Positions 23,885 through 32,384 of a DNA stretch of 38,447 nt are shown piece by piece. The position numbers were made by a program, and so were the translations under genes. The notes beneath the pieces were generated by a model. The model was not told the DNA's origin. It worked only from the letters and a program-made list of their open reading frames with translations, and ran no database searches. How positions within the stretch are numbered: the stretch's first letter is position 1; each line of letters starts with the position of its first letter. Source of the DNA: a virus (taxonomy: Duplodnaviria > Caudoviricetes); IMG/VR virus record IMGVR_UViG_3300046707_000048, positions 1 to 38,447 of that record; one strand, written 5' to 3'.

Positions 23885-24082
23885 ATGGAATGCCGGATAT
23901 GCGGACGGTGGGCGGCGGCGGACACGGAGACGGGTTACGACGCGGATGACATCTGCCCGGACTGCGAGGCGCCGCAGTGCTGGTGGTGCGCGGGCGAGCT
24001 GCCGCGCGACGAACAGGGCGGCTACTGCTCGAGCGTCTGCGAGGCGTCGGCGCAGGCCGACAGTGAGGCGGTGGCGTCATGA
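23885..24082 (+). CDS. Small Cys-rich Zn-binding protein
   Basis: CRIC, CPDC, CWWC, CSSVC. Confidence 0.7.
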   Translation: MECRICGRWAAADTETGYDADDICPDCEAPQCWWCAGELPRDEQGGYCSSVCEASAQADSEAVAS

Positions 24083-24429
24083 GCGTCCGGATTCTCGAGA
24101 GCGGCGACACGGCGGCGTTCTACTGCTCGACCTCCGAGGTCGCGTTTGGCCCGCTGGTGCACGAGGACGACCGGCACGACGCGGAAGAGCGCGCCGAAGC
24201 GTTCCTGCGCTGGCTGCCGCAGGACGCGCGCCGCTACGACGAGGCCGAGCTCCTGCGGCAGTTCAGCGCGTGGCTGGTGCAGGAGGCGGCGCAGTGGGCG
24301 CGTGAGGCCGGCTGCCAGGGCTGCGGCGCGCAGTGGGAGGGCGACGACGACGTCGTCCCGCCGGCGTATTGCGACGCCTGCGCCGACGAGCGCGCCCGCG
24401 ACCTCTGGCACGACGAGGCGGCGTCGTGA
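24079..24429 (+). CDS. Hypothetical protein with C-terminal Zn ribbon
   Basis: AAFYCSTSEVAFGP; CQGC..CDAC. Confidence 0.7.
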   Translation: MSVRILESGDTAAFYCSTSEVAFGPLVHEDDRHDAEERAEAFLRWLPQDARRYDEAELLRQFSAWLVQEAAQWAREAGCQGCGAQWEGDDDVVPPAYCDACADERARDLWHDEAAS

Positions 24430-24632
24430 ACGCGGCCAGCCTCTTCCCGACGTCGAACGCGGCAACGCTGCCAGTCGTGCCCACGGTGACCTGCGCCAAG
24501 TGCGGGGCGCGCTGGAATGCGAAGAGTCTCACGGTACAGGACGGGCGCTGCGGGGAGTGCTGGGCGCCCTTTGATCCCGAATCCATCCGATCGGCCCGCC
24601 AGATGTGCGGGCCGGTCTTTGACACGAAGTGA
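24426..24632 (+). CDS. Small Zn-ribbon protein
   Basis: GTGA coupling; CAKC...CGEC. Confidence 0.6.
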   Translation: MNAASLFPTSNAATLPVVPTVTCAKCGARWNAKSLTVQDGRCGECWAPFDPESIRSARQMCGPVFDTK

Positions 24633-25279
24633 CCACGATGCAGACCTCTGATGCGATCAACGAAATTGCCGCGGCGCTCGCGAAGGCGCAAGCCGAGATG
24701 AGCGGCGCGGCCAAGTCCTCAGCCAATCCGTTTTTCAAGAGCAAGTATGCGGACCTCGCGTCGGTGGTGGACGCCTGCCGCGGGGCACTGACCGCCAACC
24801 AGATCGCCGTCGTGCAGTCGCCGACGACCGACGGCCCGCGCGTCTCGCTCGAGACGTGGCTGATTCACAGCAGCGGCCAGTATCTGGCGGGCACGGTGAC
24901 GGCGGCGGCGAAGGATGACAGCCCGCAGGCGGTCGGCTCGACCATTACCTACCTGCGGCGCTATGCGCTGCAATCGTTCGCGGGCGTGGCGCCCGAGGAT
25001 GACGATGCCGAGACGGCGCAGGGGCGCGGCACGACGCGCACCCAGGCTGCTCCGGTGCCACCGGCGCCCGAGGGCTACGCCGCCTGGTTGGGCGTCCTGA
25101 CCGGGGTCGCAGAGACGGGGATGGAGCCGCTCCGCGAGGCGTGGCTGAAGTCGCCCGAAGCGTTCCGGAATCACCTGATGACGACGAATCTCGCCGGCTG
25201 GGAAGGCATGAAGGCGGCGGCGCAAAAGAAGACCGACGCCACGGCGAAGAAGGCCGGTCCCAAGGCGATGGCGTCGTGA
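24629..25279 (+). CDS. erf: ERF-family single-strand annealing protein
   Basis: IAAALAKAQ..KSSANPFFKSKYADL, LIHSSGQ, QAVGSTITYLRRYAL..GVAPEDDD. Confidence 0.92.
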   Translation: MTTMQTSDAINEIAAALAKAQAEMSGAAKSSANPFFKSKYADLASVVDACRGALTANQIAVVQSPTTDGPRVSLETWLIHSSGQYLAGTVTAAAKDDSPQAVGSTITYLRRYALQSFAGVAPEDDDAETAQGRGTTRTQAAPVPPAPEGYAAWLGVLTGVAETGMEPLREAWLKSPEAFRNHLMTTNLAGWEGMKAAAQKKTDATAKKAGPKAMAS

Positions 25280-25929
25280 GGGCGTTCACGGTCATCGACG
25301 CGCCACAACGATCGCCGGCGTGGTTTGCGGCGCGGCTCGGGCGGCTGACGGGCTCGCGCGCGGCCGACATGCTCGCCACCATCAAGAGCGGGGAAGCGGC
25401 GGCCCGGCGCGACCTGCGGATGCAGCTCGTCGTGGAACGGCTCACCGGCACGGCGCAGGAAGAGGGTTACGTGTCACCGGCGATGGAGCGCGGCGTGGCG
25501 CTCGAGCCGGCCGCCTTCGCCGCCTACGAGGCGCTCACCGGCGAAGTCGTCAGCCGCAGCGGCTTTCTCGCGCACGACGTCTACGCCGCGGGCACGTCGC
25601 TTGACGGCCACATTGGGGATTTCGAGGGCGTGGTGGAGCTGAAGGCGCCGAAGAGCGCGACGCATCTGGGGTATATCCGCGGCGGCGTGGTGCCGGCGGC
25701 CTACCTGCCGCAGATGCTGCACCACCTGTGGATTACCGGGGCCGCCTACGGTGATTTTCTTTCCTACGATCCACGTCTCGGGCCTGGACTCGAAACCTTT
25801 TGGGTGCGACTCCTGCGGGATGAAGCGCAGGTGGCAGCGTACGCGGCAAAGGTGCTGACGTTTCTCGCGGAATGCGATCAAGAGACGAGCGCGGTCCTCG
25901 CCTTGCGCGAGTCACGGGCTGCGGCGTGA
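25276..25929 (+). CDS. YqaJ/lambda-exonuclease-family recombination nuclease
   Basis: QRSPAWFAARLGRLTGS, MERGVALEP, SLDG, ELKAP, YLPQM. Confidence 0.9.
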   Translation: MRAFTVIDAPQRSPAWFAARLGRLTGSRAADMLATIKSGEAAARRDLRMQLVVERLTGTAQEEGYVSPAMERGVALEPAAFAAYEALTGEVVSRSGFLAHDVYAAGTSLDGHIGDFEGVVELKAPKSATHLGYIRGGVVPAAYLPQMLHHLWITGAAYGDFLSYDPRLGPGLETFWVRLLRDEAQVAAYAAKVLTFLAECDQETSAVLALRESRAAA

Positions 25930-25968
25930 CGTCGGAGATTCGGATCTGCGCGTGGTGTGGCTGGCTAT

Positions 25969-26403
25969 ATGGCGAAAAGCGCACACGAGCGGTTTGACGC
26001 CTTTGTGCAGAAGACGGCGTCGTGCTGGCTCTGGATGGGGACCGTCAACTCGAAAGGGTACGGGCAAATCAGGATCAACGGCCGTGCCGTCTATGTGCAT
26101 CGGCTCGCGTGGATGTGGAGTCATGGCGTGATTGAGCCGGGGCTCTGTGTGCTCCATTCGTGCGACGTGCGGACATGCGTAAACCCCGCGCATCTTCGAC
26201 TCGGCACGCCTCGTGATAACTCCCTGGATATGGTTTCGAAGCACAGGCAAGCGAGCACGCTGACCGCGGCGGCCGTCCGACGCATCCGATCGATGGGTGG
26301 CACTCAACGACAGATCGCGGCGGCGTTTGGCGTCACGCGCTCAGCGATCGGGAGGGTGTTGAGACGGCACACCTGGGCGCATGTGAAGGAGTCGGCAGTA
26401 TGA
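25969..26403 (+). CDS. HNH homing endonuclease with C-terminal HTH
   Basis: CWLW..GYG...HRLAW...VLHSCDVRTCVNPAHLRLGT..DN. Confidence 0.9.
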   Translation: MAKSAHERFDAFVQKTASCWLWMGTVNSKGYGQIRINGRAVYVHRLAWMWSHGVIEPGLCVLHSCDVRTCVNPAHLRLGTPRDNSLDMVSKHRQASTLTAAAVRRIRSMGGTQRQIAAAFGVTRSAIGRVLRRHTWAHVKESAV

Positions 26404-26630
26404 GCGAGTTTCAGAAGGATGAGAACGAGCTCGGCGCGCTGTGGATCAGCGTGGGTGCGAAGGGCGAATACCTTTCGGGCACGATCGACGGCGTGCGCGT
26501 CGTGTGCTTCAAGAACGACAAGAAGACGCCCGACAGCAAGCAGCCGGATTGGCGCGTCCTGAGAGCGAAGGCGCCCGACGAGGACCGCGGGCCGCGGCGT
26601 GAACTGACCGACGAGGAGGCACCGTTCTAG
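26400..26630 (+). CDS. Small SSB-like protein (DUF736-like)
   Basis: LGALW..YLSGTI..FKN..KQPDWRV; acidic tail ending EEAPF. Confidence 0.7.
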   Translation: MSEFQKDENELGALWISVGAKGEYLSGTIDGVRVVCFKNDKKTPDSKQPDWRVLRAKAPDEDRGPRRELTDEEAPF

Positions 26631-26632
26631 GC

Positions 26633-27040
26633 ATGGTCCCGGTGATTCGCGCCACCGTGAACGACGCCGGCAAGCTCGAACTGTCGGCGCTCGGCCGCGA
26701 GCTGCTTGCGCGCCACCTGGCGACGCTCAAGGGCAAGCCGGTGGAGGTGCTGATCAAGGTCCACCGACATCAACGCTCGGTGCAGCAGTCGCGGTACTAC
26801 TGGGGCGTGGTCGTGCCGCTGCTCGGCGCCTACTGCGGCTACGACAAGACCGAAATGCACGAACTGTTGGCGTATCGCTTTTTGCGGATTGAGGACGACC
26901 CGATTACCGGCTCGCCCCGGCGGAAACATACGCCAGAGACAAACACTGCGGAGTTCGCGGCGTATCTGGACGACTGTCTGCGCTTGGCGGCGGAGCTCGG
27001 CGTGGAGATTCCCGAGCCGTACACGGTGGTGGCGGCGTGA
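26633..27040 (+). CDS. NinB-like recombination accessory protein
   Basis: RSVQQSRYYWGVV, EMHELL, T..TAEFAAYLD..IPEP. Confidence 0.72.
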   Translation: MVPVIRATVNDAGKLELSALGRELLARHLATLKGKPVEVLIKVHRHQRSVQQSRYYWGVVVPLLGAYCGYDKTEMHELLAYRFLRIEDDPITGSPRRKHTPETNTAEFAAYLDDCLRLAAELGVEIPEPYTVVAA

Positions 27041-27255
27041 TCGACTGGGGCCGCCGGTGGCGGCGCGACACCAGCGATCCGGTGATCGACACGTTGATCA
27101 AACCGCCGGTGCGGAAGTTTGCCGGCGCGGACGAGGCGCTGGCGCACAAGACGGCGCAGCGGCGGGCGGCGGCGGACAGTATCCGGCGGCGCGCGGAGGC
27201 GGTGGAGACGGGGGCGGCGGTCAGCAAAGTACTGGCGATGGTGAAGCGCTCATGA
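27037..27255 (+). CDS. Hypothetical protein
   Basis: Coupled on both sides. Confidence 0.6.
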   Translation: MIDWGRRWRRDTSDPVIDTLIKPPVRKFAGADEALAHKTAQRRAAADSIRRRAEAVETGAAVSKVLAMVKRS

Positions 27256-27563
27256 GCGCGCGGCCGCAATCGCAAGTCCGGCGGCAGTGGCGGCTCCTGC
27301 AGCACCTGGCGGCGGTGCGCTACGGCTACACGTTGGCCCAGCTCGCGGCCGCCCTCGGCGTCTGTCCGCGCACGGTGCGGCGGGATCTCGAGGTCTTAGT
27401 GGCGGTCGGGTTCCCGATCGCGCGGCACGACACGGGCGACGGCGTGGCGATTCGGATGGTGTGGGACGCGGCGCTGCCGCGCGTGGTGCGGGCGATCCCG
27501 GCCGAGGCCGAAGCGATTCCGGACGGTGTGCGGACGAGTCGGGGCGGGCTGGCACTCACGTAA
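27252..27563 (+). CDS. HTH (HTH_11/DeoR-type) protein
   Basis: YTLAQLAAALGVCPRTVRRDLEVL..GFPI. Confidence 0.75.
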   Translation: MSARPQSQVRRQWRLLQHLAAVRYGYTLAQLAAALGVCPRTVRRDLEVLVAVGFPIARHDTGDGVAIRMVWDAALPRVVRAIPAEAEAIPDGVRTSRGGLALT

Positions 27564-27673
27564 CGACCACAGGGCTCGCGCGGCGGTGTTCACCGGGCGC
27601 CTTGACGACCCGGTGCGCGGCACGTGGGCCGTGTGAGAGGGCGCCGCCGCGCGCAGACACGGACGGCAGGCCA

Positions 27674-28564
27674 ATGAGGGGGCAGCGGGTGCAACTACAC
27701 GCGATGTGGTGGTGGATTGACCGCTGGCGGAAGAGCAGCGCCTACGCCGCGATGACGCTCGAGGAGCAGGGCGCCTACCGCAACCTGCTGGACGAGGCGC
27801 ATCTGCGGGGCGGGCTCCTGTCGAGCGATGAGCGGGTGCTGGCGAAAGCCTGCGGCGACGCGCACCGCTGGCGGCGGGTGCGGGCGAAGGTGCTCGCGCA
27901 CTTTACCCAGACGCCCGAGGGCTGGCGGCACGAGACGCTGGATGCGGTGCTGCACGAATCGCAGCGCTTGGCGCGCAATCAGCGGGCCTACCGGCGCCGG
28001 CGGGCGGGGCATGGCCCCGATAACGGGACCAATAACGGAGGCGATAACGGCCCGATAACGGAGCCGATAACGCGGCCGATAACCGCGCGGTCACGCGCCG
28101 ATAACAAACGCGATAACAACGCCGATATCAAAGCCGCTTCTCCGTCTCCGTCTCCGTCTCCGTCTCTTAAGAAAGAGAGAGAGAAAGAGACGCACGCCGC
28201 CACGAACGGACAACGTGTCTCTCTCTCTGTCTCAATCTCCCGCGATCCGTTTCTCGACGCCGCCACGACCGACCGCGCCGGCGCCTTCGTCCGCCGCTAC
28301 CAGGCGCTCTATCCGCAATACCGGAACGGGGCGCGCTATGCCGTGCGCGAGACGCGCGATTACGCCGCCGCCGTGAAGCTCTGCGAAACATGGCCCGACG
28401 ATAGCCGCCTCGAGAAACTCGCGATTTGCTTTCTCACGACCGACCATAAGTTCGCCGCCGAAGGCTCGCGCACGATTCCGCAGTTCCTCGCCCTGGCCTC
28501 GTGGGCGGACGGCGAGCTCGCCGCCTGGGAGCTGCAACATCCCGTCCCACGGAGGGAGTCGTGA
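27674..28564 (+). CDS. Replication initiator-like protein (DUF1376/YdaU family)
   Basis: MTLEEQGAYRNLLD..L...ERVLAKAC...W..V..F...W.H; internal iteron array and SPSPSP linker. Confidence 0.8.
   Translation: MRGQRVQLHAMWWWIDRWRKSSAYAAMTLEEQGAYRNLLDEAHLRGGLLSSDERVLAKACGDAHRWRRVRAKVLAHFTQTPEGWRHETLDAVLHESQRLARNQRAYRRRRAGHGPDNGTNNGGDNGPITEPITRPITARSRADNKRDNNADIKAASPSPSPSPSLKKEREKETHAATNGQRVSLSVSISRDPFLDAATTDRAGAFVRRYQALYPQYRNGARYAVRETRDYAAAVKLCETWPDDSRLEKLAICFLTTDHKFAAEGSRTIPQFLALASWADGELAAWELQHPVPRRES
28018..28233 (+). repeat. Putative replication origin: nine C(G/A)ATAAC-type iterons at ~12-bp pitch, then (TCTCCG)4 and AG/TC tracts
   Basis: Copies at 28018, 28030, 28042, 28053, 28065, 28077, 28099, 28111, 28123 (last is CGATATC); lambdoid-style origin inside the initiator gene. 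Confidence 0.75.
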
Positions 28565-29028
28565 GCCCGCGCGCCGTCGTGGACCAGGTCGCGCAGACGC
28601 TCGGCCGCATCATCATGGACGCCGTCGCCTACGTGGACGGCCTCAAAGCCAAGGGCGCGACCAAGGCCGAAACCGACCAGGCGCTCGAGAACGTCATCCG
28701 CGCCGCCTGGCCGAAACCGAAGGACCGCGTCACGCCCTGGCGCTACGGCTGCGAGACGTGCGGCGATACCGGCCTCGTGCTGCATCAGTGCCACCCCGGT
28801 CATCGGTGCGACGGCAGCTCGACGCGCACCGAGGCGTCAGGCGATCGGCCTGGGAAATACACACGGTTCTGCGTCGGCTCGAGCACCTACGAGCACGACT
28901 ACGGCGTCCCCTGCCTCTGCGCGAAAGGCCACCAGTTCCGCCGGCGTGGGCAGCAGACGGACGACGAGGCCGCGTTCGTGGCCGCCACCAAGAGCAAGCC
29001 CAAACCCCTGACGCGGTGGGGCCGATGA
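28561..29028 (+). CDS. Cys-rich protein after initiator (possible loader/accessory)
   Basis: CETCGDTG...PCLC. Confidence 0.6.
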   Translation: MSPRAVVDQVAQTLGRIIMDAVAYVDGLKAKGATKAETDQALENVIRAAWPKPKDRVTPWRYGCETCGDTGLVLHQCHPGHRCDGSSTRTEASGDRPGKYTRFCVGSSTYEHDYGVPCLCAKGHQFRRRGQQTDDEAAFVAATKSKPKPLTRWGR

Positions 29029-29393
29029 CGACCGCGATCACCGCCGCGGCGTATCGCGCGACACGGGCCGCGACACCGTCGAAATATCACGCCCGGCGCA
29101 CGACCGTGGATGGCGTGACGTTCGATTCGCAAAAGGAGGCCCGCGAATATGTGCGCCTCAAGCTGGCTGAGAAGCACGGCCTGATTCGCGCCGTCGAGTG
29201 TCAGCCGGCCTTCGTCCTGCACACGCCAGGCTGGCAGATTGTCGGTGTCTATCGCGCGGATTTCCGGTACTGGGACGGCCCGGCGTTTGCGGACTGTCAC
29301 GTTATCGACGTGAAAGGTTTCGCGACCCCGCTCTATCGCTGGAAAAAGAAACACGCCGAGGCCGAATATGGCATCCGCATCGAAGAGCGCTGA
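29025..29393 (+). CDS. DUF1064-family PD-(D/E)xK nuclease
   Basis: SKYHARRTTVDGVTFDSQKEA, YRADF, IDVKG..T..Y..KKK. Confidence 0.88.
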   Translation: MTTAITAAAYRATRAATPSKYHARRTTVDGVTFDSQKEAREYVRLKLAEKHGLIRAVECQPAFVLHTPGWQIVGVYRADFRYWDGPAFADCHVIDVKGFATPLYRWKKKHAEAEYGIRIEER

Positions 29394-29601
29394 CGATCCC
29401 GCCGTCACGGCTCGCGCCGCCGTGCTGGGCACCGCCGGCGTCGTTCGCTACTGGGTCGTGCTGTCGTATCAGGACGGCCGCGATCTGCTGGCCGGCACCG
29501 TCCCATGTGCGCTGCGCCCGCAACTGCTCGCGCTGCTCAAACGTGGACGCGCCGAGAGCGCCGAGGAATACGCCGCGCGTGTGGCCGAGGCGACCGCATG
29601 A
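29368..29601 (+). CDS. Hypothetical protein
   Basis: ORF in operon context. Confidence 0.5.
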   Translation: MASASKSADDPAVTARAAVLGTAGVVRYWVVLSYQDGRDLLAGTVPCALRPQLLALLKRGRAESAEEYAARVAEATA

Positions 29602-29798
29602 AGTCGGCCCGCCAGCCGGCGCAGCATCGGTGCGACCGTTGTGGCATCGCTTCGCCCGTGCGTCAAGTCTCGCCGTTCGAATTCGAGTGGCGCTGTCCCT
29701 GTGGCGACGCGGGCGTGACGTCGTGGGCGCACCACAACCCGCCGCCCCTGTTCGACGCGCCGCCTATGCCGCGGAGGCAGCAGGAGTTGTTCCCATGA
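29598..29798 (+). CDS. Small Zn-ribbon protein
   Basis: CDRC...CPC; coupled on both sides. Confidence 0.6.
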   Translation: MKSARQPAQHRCDRCGIASPVRQVSPFEFEWRCPCGDAGVTSWAHHNPPPLFDAPPMPRRQQELFP

Positions 29799-30355
29799 GC
29801 GCCGCCCGTCCCCTGACGCCGAAGCAGCAGCGCTTCGTCGCGGAGTATCTCATCGACCTCAACGCCACGCAGGCCGCCATCCGCGCCGGCTACAGCCGGA
29901 AATGTGCCGAAGTGGAAGGCCCGCGGTTGCTAGGGAATGTTCGGGTAGCGGCGGCGGTGCAGGTGGGGGCGCAGAAGCGGCTCAACGAGCGCGGGCTGTC
30001 CGCCGATCGCACCCTCGAAGAGCTGCGGCGGATCGCCTTCTCCGATGTGGGCCAGTTGTTCACCGACGACGGCTCGCTGATTCCGTTGCGCGAGCTGCCG
30101 CCGGAGGTGCGGACGGCCCTCGCCTCCGTTGAAGTTGTGATGAAAAACGCGGCGGCGGGGGACGACAAAATTGATCGCGTGCTCAAGGTCAAGTACTGGG
30201 ACAAAAACAAGGCGCTGACGGACCTGGCGCGGCACTTCGCGCTCTTGGTCGATCGCGTCGAGGTCAGCGGCGACCTCTCGCTGACGGCGAAGATTGCGGC
30301 GGCGCGGCAGCGCGGCGCGCAGTTGCTGGCCGAGCGGAACGGCGGCGCGGAATGA
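29795..30355 (+). CDS. terS: Terminase small subunit
   Basis: LTPKQQRFVAEYLIDLNATQAAIRAGYS; EELRRIAFSD; KYWDKNKAL. Confidence 0.93.
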   Translation: MSAARPLTPKQQRFVAEYLIDLNATQAAIRAGYSRKCAEVEGPRLLGNVRVAAAVQVGAQKRLNERGLSADRTLEELRRIAFSDVGQLFTDDGSLIPLRELPPEVRTALASVEVVMKNAAAGDDKIDRVLKVKYWDKNKALTDLARHFALLVDRVEVSGDLSLTAKIAAARQRGAQLLAERNGGAE

Positions 30356-30891
30356 TGATCGCGGAGGCGCAGTCCCAACTGCGGGTGGCGCGCGGGTGGC
30401 TGGCGACCCTGCGGTCCCGGCAGGCCATCGGCATTGTGGATGCGCCGGAGGTGGAGGCCCGGCTGCAGGCCGCCGTGCGGGCGGCGGAGCAGGCCGTCTT
30501 GGTGGCGGAGGCGGAGCCGGACCCCGCGCAGTTGGAGCAGGAGGCCGCCGAGCAGCGGCACCGGGTGGCGCGTCACCGCCAGGCCGCCGCCGCGCAGGCG
30601 GCGCACGCTAAGGCCCAACAGGTGGCCGCTCGACGGGAGCAGATCGCCGCCCGACGGGAGGCGCACCGGGCGCGGGCGCAACGAGCCCTGGCGTGGCGGG
30701 CGCGGCCGGCGGCGGACGTGGCTGAACGGGTGGGGCGCACCGACACCGCAGGCTTCCCGACCGAATTGCTGCAGCGGTCGCAAGATGTGCGGGTGCCCTA
30801 CGCGGTGAGTTTCCGCGAAACCTACGCGGACGATGCGTTTTACTTCGATGCGATTGCGCCCTACAGCTCGGACCCGTATGACGCCCTGTAA
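30352..30891 (+). CDS. Hypothetical coiled-coil protein
   Basis: A/R/Q-rich helix; coupled. Confidence 0.6.
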   Translation: MMIAEAQSQLRVARGWLATLRSRQAIGIVDAPEVEARLQAAVRAAEQAVLVAEAEPDPAQLEQEAAEQRHRVARHRQAAAAQAAHAKAQQVAARREQIAARREAHRARAQRALAWRARPAADVAERVGRTDTAGFPTELLQRSQDVRVPYAVSFRETYADDAFYFDAIAPYSSDPYDAL

Positions 30892-31147
30892 AGCCTGCGG
30901 CGTGAAGGCGGCGCAATGGTGCGGGCTGTGCCGGCGCTGCGGGCGCACGGCCGGGGTCTACGCGCCGCGCCCGGCGCCGACCCGGCGCTATCTCACCGAC
31001 GCGCAGGAGCGGGCGCTGCGGCGGCTGCTGGCGGCCGTGGCGGCCGAGCGGCGGCGGCTGGCGGCGGTGGCGCGGCCGGTGGTGACGGGGCGGGAGGTGA
31101 CGGTCGGGCGGCGCGCGTATGTCGTCGTCTGGGACGGGACGAAATGA
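30878..31147 (+). CDS. Hypothetical Cys-containing protein
   Basis: CKAC..CGLCRRC; C-terminal YVVVWDG. Confidence 0.55.
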   Translation: MTPCKACGVKAAQWCGLCRRCGRTAGVYAPRPAPTRRYLTDAQERALRRLLAAVAAERRRLAAVARPVVTGREVTVGRRAYVVVWDGTK

Positions 31148-31377
31148 CGAAAAAGAGACGCAGCGGCGCGGGTGCCCGCATGACGGCCGCTGAGAATTTG
31201 CGTCATCGTCGCGCCGAGGTGTTCATTGATGGCCGGTATCGTCCTGTGACCATCGTGACGCACATTCGCCATGACATCTGGTTGGTGGAAGGATCCCGCC
31301 TGCCGATTCGCTTCGAGCGCTATCGCGGCATGAGACGGACGACCGTGGGTCGATCAATCCTCAGGGTGCTCGCATGA
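31144..31377 (+). CDS. Hypothetical basic protein
   Basis: ATGA coupling on both sides. Confidence 0.55.
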   Translation: MTKKRRSGAGARMTAAENLRHRRAEVFIDGRYRPVTIVTHIRHDIWLVEGSRLPIRFERYRGMRRTTVGRSILRVLA

Positions 31378-31760
31378 CGAAAGAGGAACTAACAGCGCGA
31401 GTCTTTCAAGAGCGGAACGAGTTTGACGCCGAACGGCAAGGGCTGCGGAACGAACTGATTCGCGTGAAGGCCGAGCGCGATGCGCTCAAGGTGCAGATCG
31501 CGGCCGATCGCGCCCTTGTGGAAGCCGCGCGGCGAGTGACGGCGGACTATCCGCCCGACTATCGGATGGACGAGTTGAACGTCGAGGAGGAGCGCCGCGA
31601 CTACGCCGACCTAGCGCGGGAGTGCGTCGTGTATTTCACGCGGAACGGCGGCTGCGGCCATTGCGGCGGGCTGCCGCACACCACGACGTGTTTTGTGGGC
31701 CGGTTCGCCGCGGTCATTGACAAATGGGGCGGCCTCGATCTCGCGGACGGGACGAAATGA
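31374..31760 (+). CDS. Hypothetical protein (coiled coil plus CxxC-H-C site)
   Basis: CGHCGGLPHTTTC. Confidence 0.65.
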   Translation: MTKEELTARVFQERNEFDAERQGLRNELIRVKAERDALKVQIAADRALVEAARRVTADYPPDYRMDELNVEEERRDYADLARECVVYFTRNGGCGHCGGLPHTTTCFVGRFAAVIDKWGGLDLADGTK

Positions 31761-31936
31761 CCGAGCAGGCGCTGCAGGCGCGAATGCACTTCGAGCGGCG
31801 GATCGATGAGGCGGCGAAGAAAGCCGCAGCGGTCGTCCTGCGCGAGGCCGATCCGGTGCTGGCGCGCCATCTGCTGCGCGAACTGCTGCGGAAAGTCGCG
31901 CGCGATGCGGCGGCCCAGCCGGAGATCTTCGCGTGA
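31757..31936 (+). CDS. Hypothetical protein
   Basis: Coupled short helical ORF. Confidence 0.55.
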   Translation: MTEQALQARMHFERRIDEAAKKAAAVVLREADPVLARHLLRELLRKVARDAAAQPEIFA

Positions 31937-32139
31937 CGGACGTGGAACGCGGCGCGATCGCGGACGGGGCACTTGCGGTGCTCACATCGTCGCCAGATTG
32001 GGTCGAAGACTGCGCGCGGTGGCGCGGGCGGCTCCTGACGGGACGCTTCCGGCATTGGTGCGAGGACTGGGACGGTCTGCCCGTCGATGACACCTGTCCC
32101 GAATGGCCGTGTGCCTGCGTCTGGGACGTGCCCGCATGA
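31933..32139 (+). CDS. Hypothetical Trp/Cys-rich protein
   Basis: LLTGRFRHWCEDWDGLPVDDTCPEWPCAC. Confidence 0.65.
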   Translation: MTDVERGAIADGALAVLTSSPDWVEDCARWRGRLLTGRFRHWCEDWDGLPVDDTCPEWPCACVWDVPA

Positions 32140-32384
32140 CTGAGCAAGAACTCACGGCGCTGGCGCAAAAATGGAACCGATACGGCGATGAGGGGTTGGT
32201 GACCGCCGTCGGGCATGACGCAATGGCGCTCGCTGAAGGCTATCTCGCCCTCCTCGCCGAGCGCGATGCCCTCAAGGCGCAGGTCAAAGCGACACAGACG
32301 CTGGCGGCGGCTGGACTTGGACGTCAGCTTCACATGCCACCAAGCGAGCCATCACCGCCTGGCGCGACCACTCCACAGCCATGA
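32136..32384 (+). CDS. Hypothetical protein
   Basis: Coupled to terL; shares AERDALK.Q with 31374-31760. Confidence 0.55.
   Translation: MTEQELTALAQKWNRYGDEGLVTAVGHDAMALAEGYLALLAERDALKAQVKATQTLAAAGLGRQLHMPPSEPSPPGATTPQP

Noticed and set aside
27252-27563. WYL-domain defence regulator
   Set aside because: Only the N-terminal HTH resembles such proteins; no WYL domain follows
28018-28129. CRISPR array or protein-only repeat
   Set aside because: Units are 7 bp at ~12-bp pitch and persist across a reading-frame shift of the repeat, so DNA-level iterons fit better
29198-29794. N-terminal extension of terS (385-aa ORF-track call), and similar extensions of 27287, 25141, 35668, 36294 and 16732 ORFs
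   Set aside because: Upstream in-frame sequence overlaps other coupled genes; family motifs begin at the downstream starts used here
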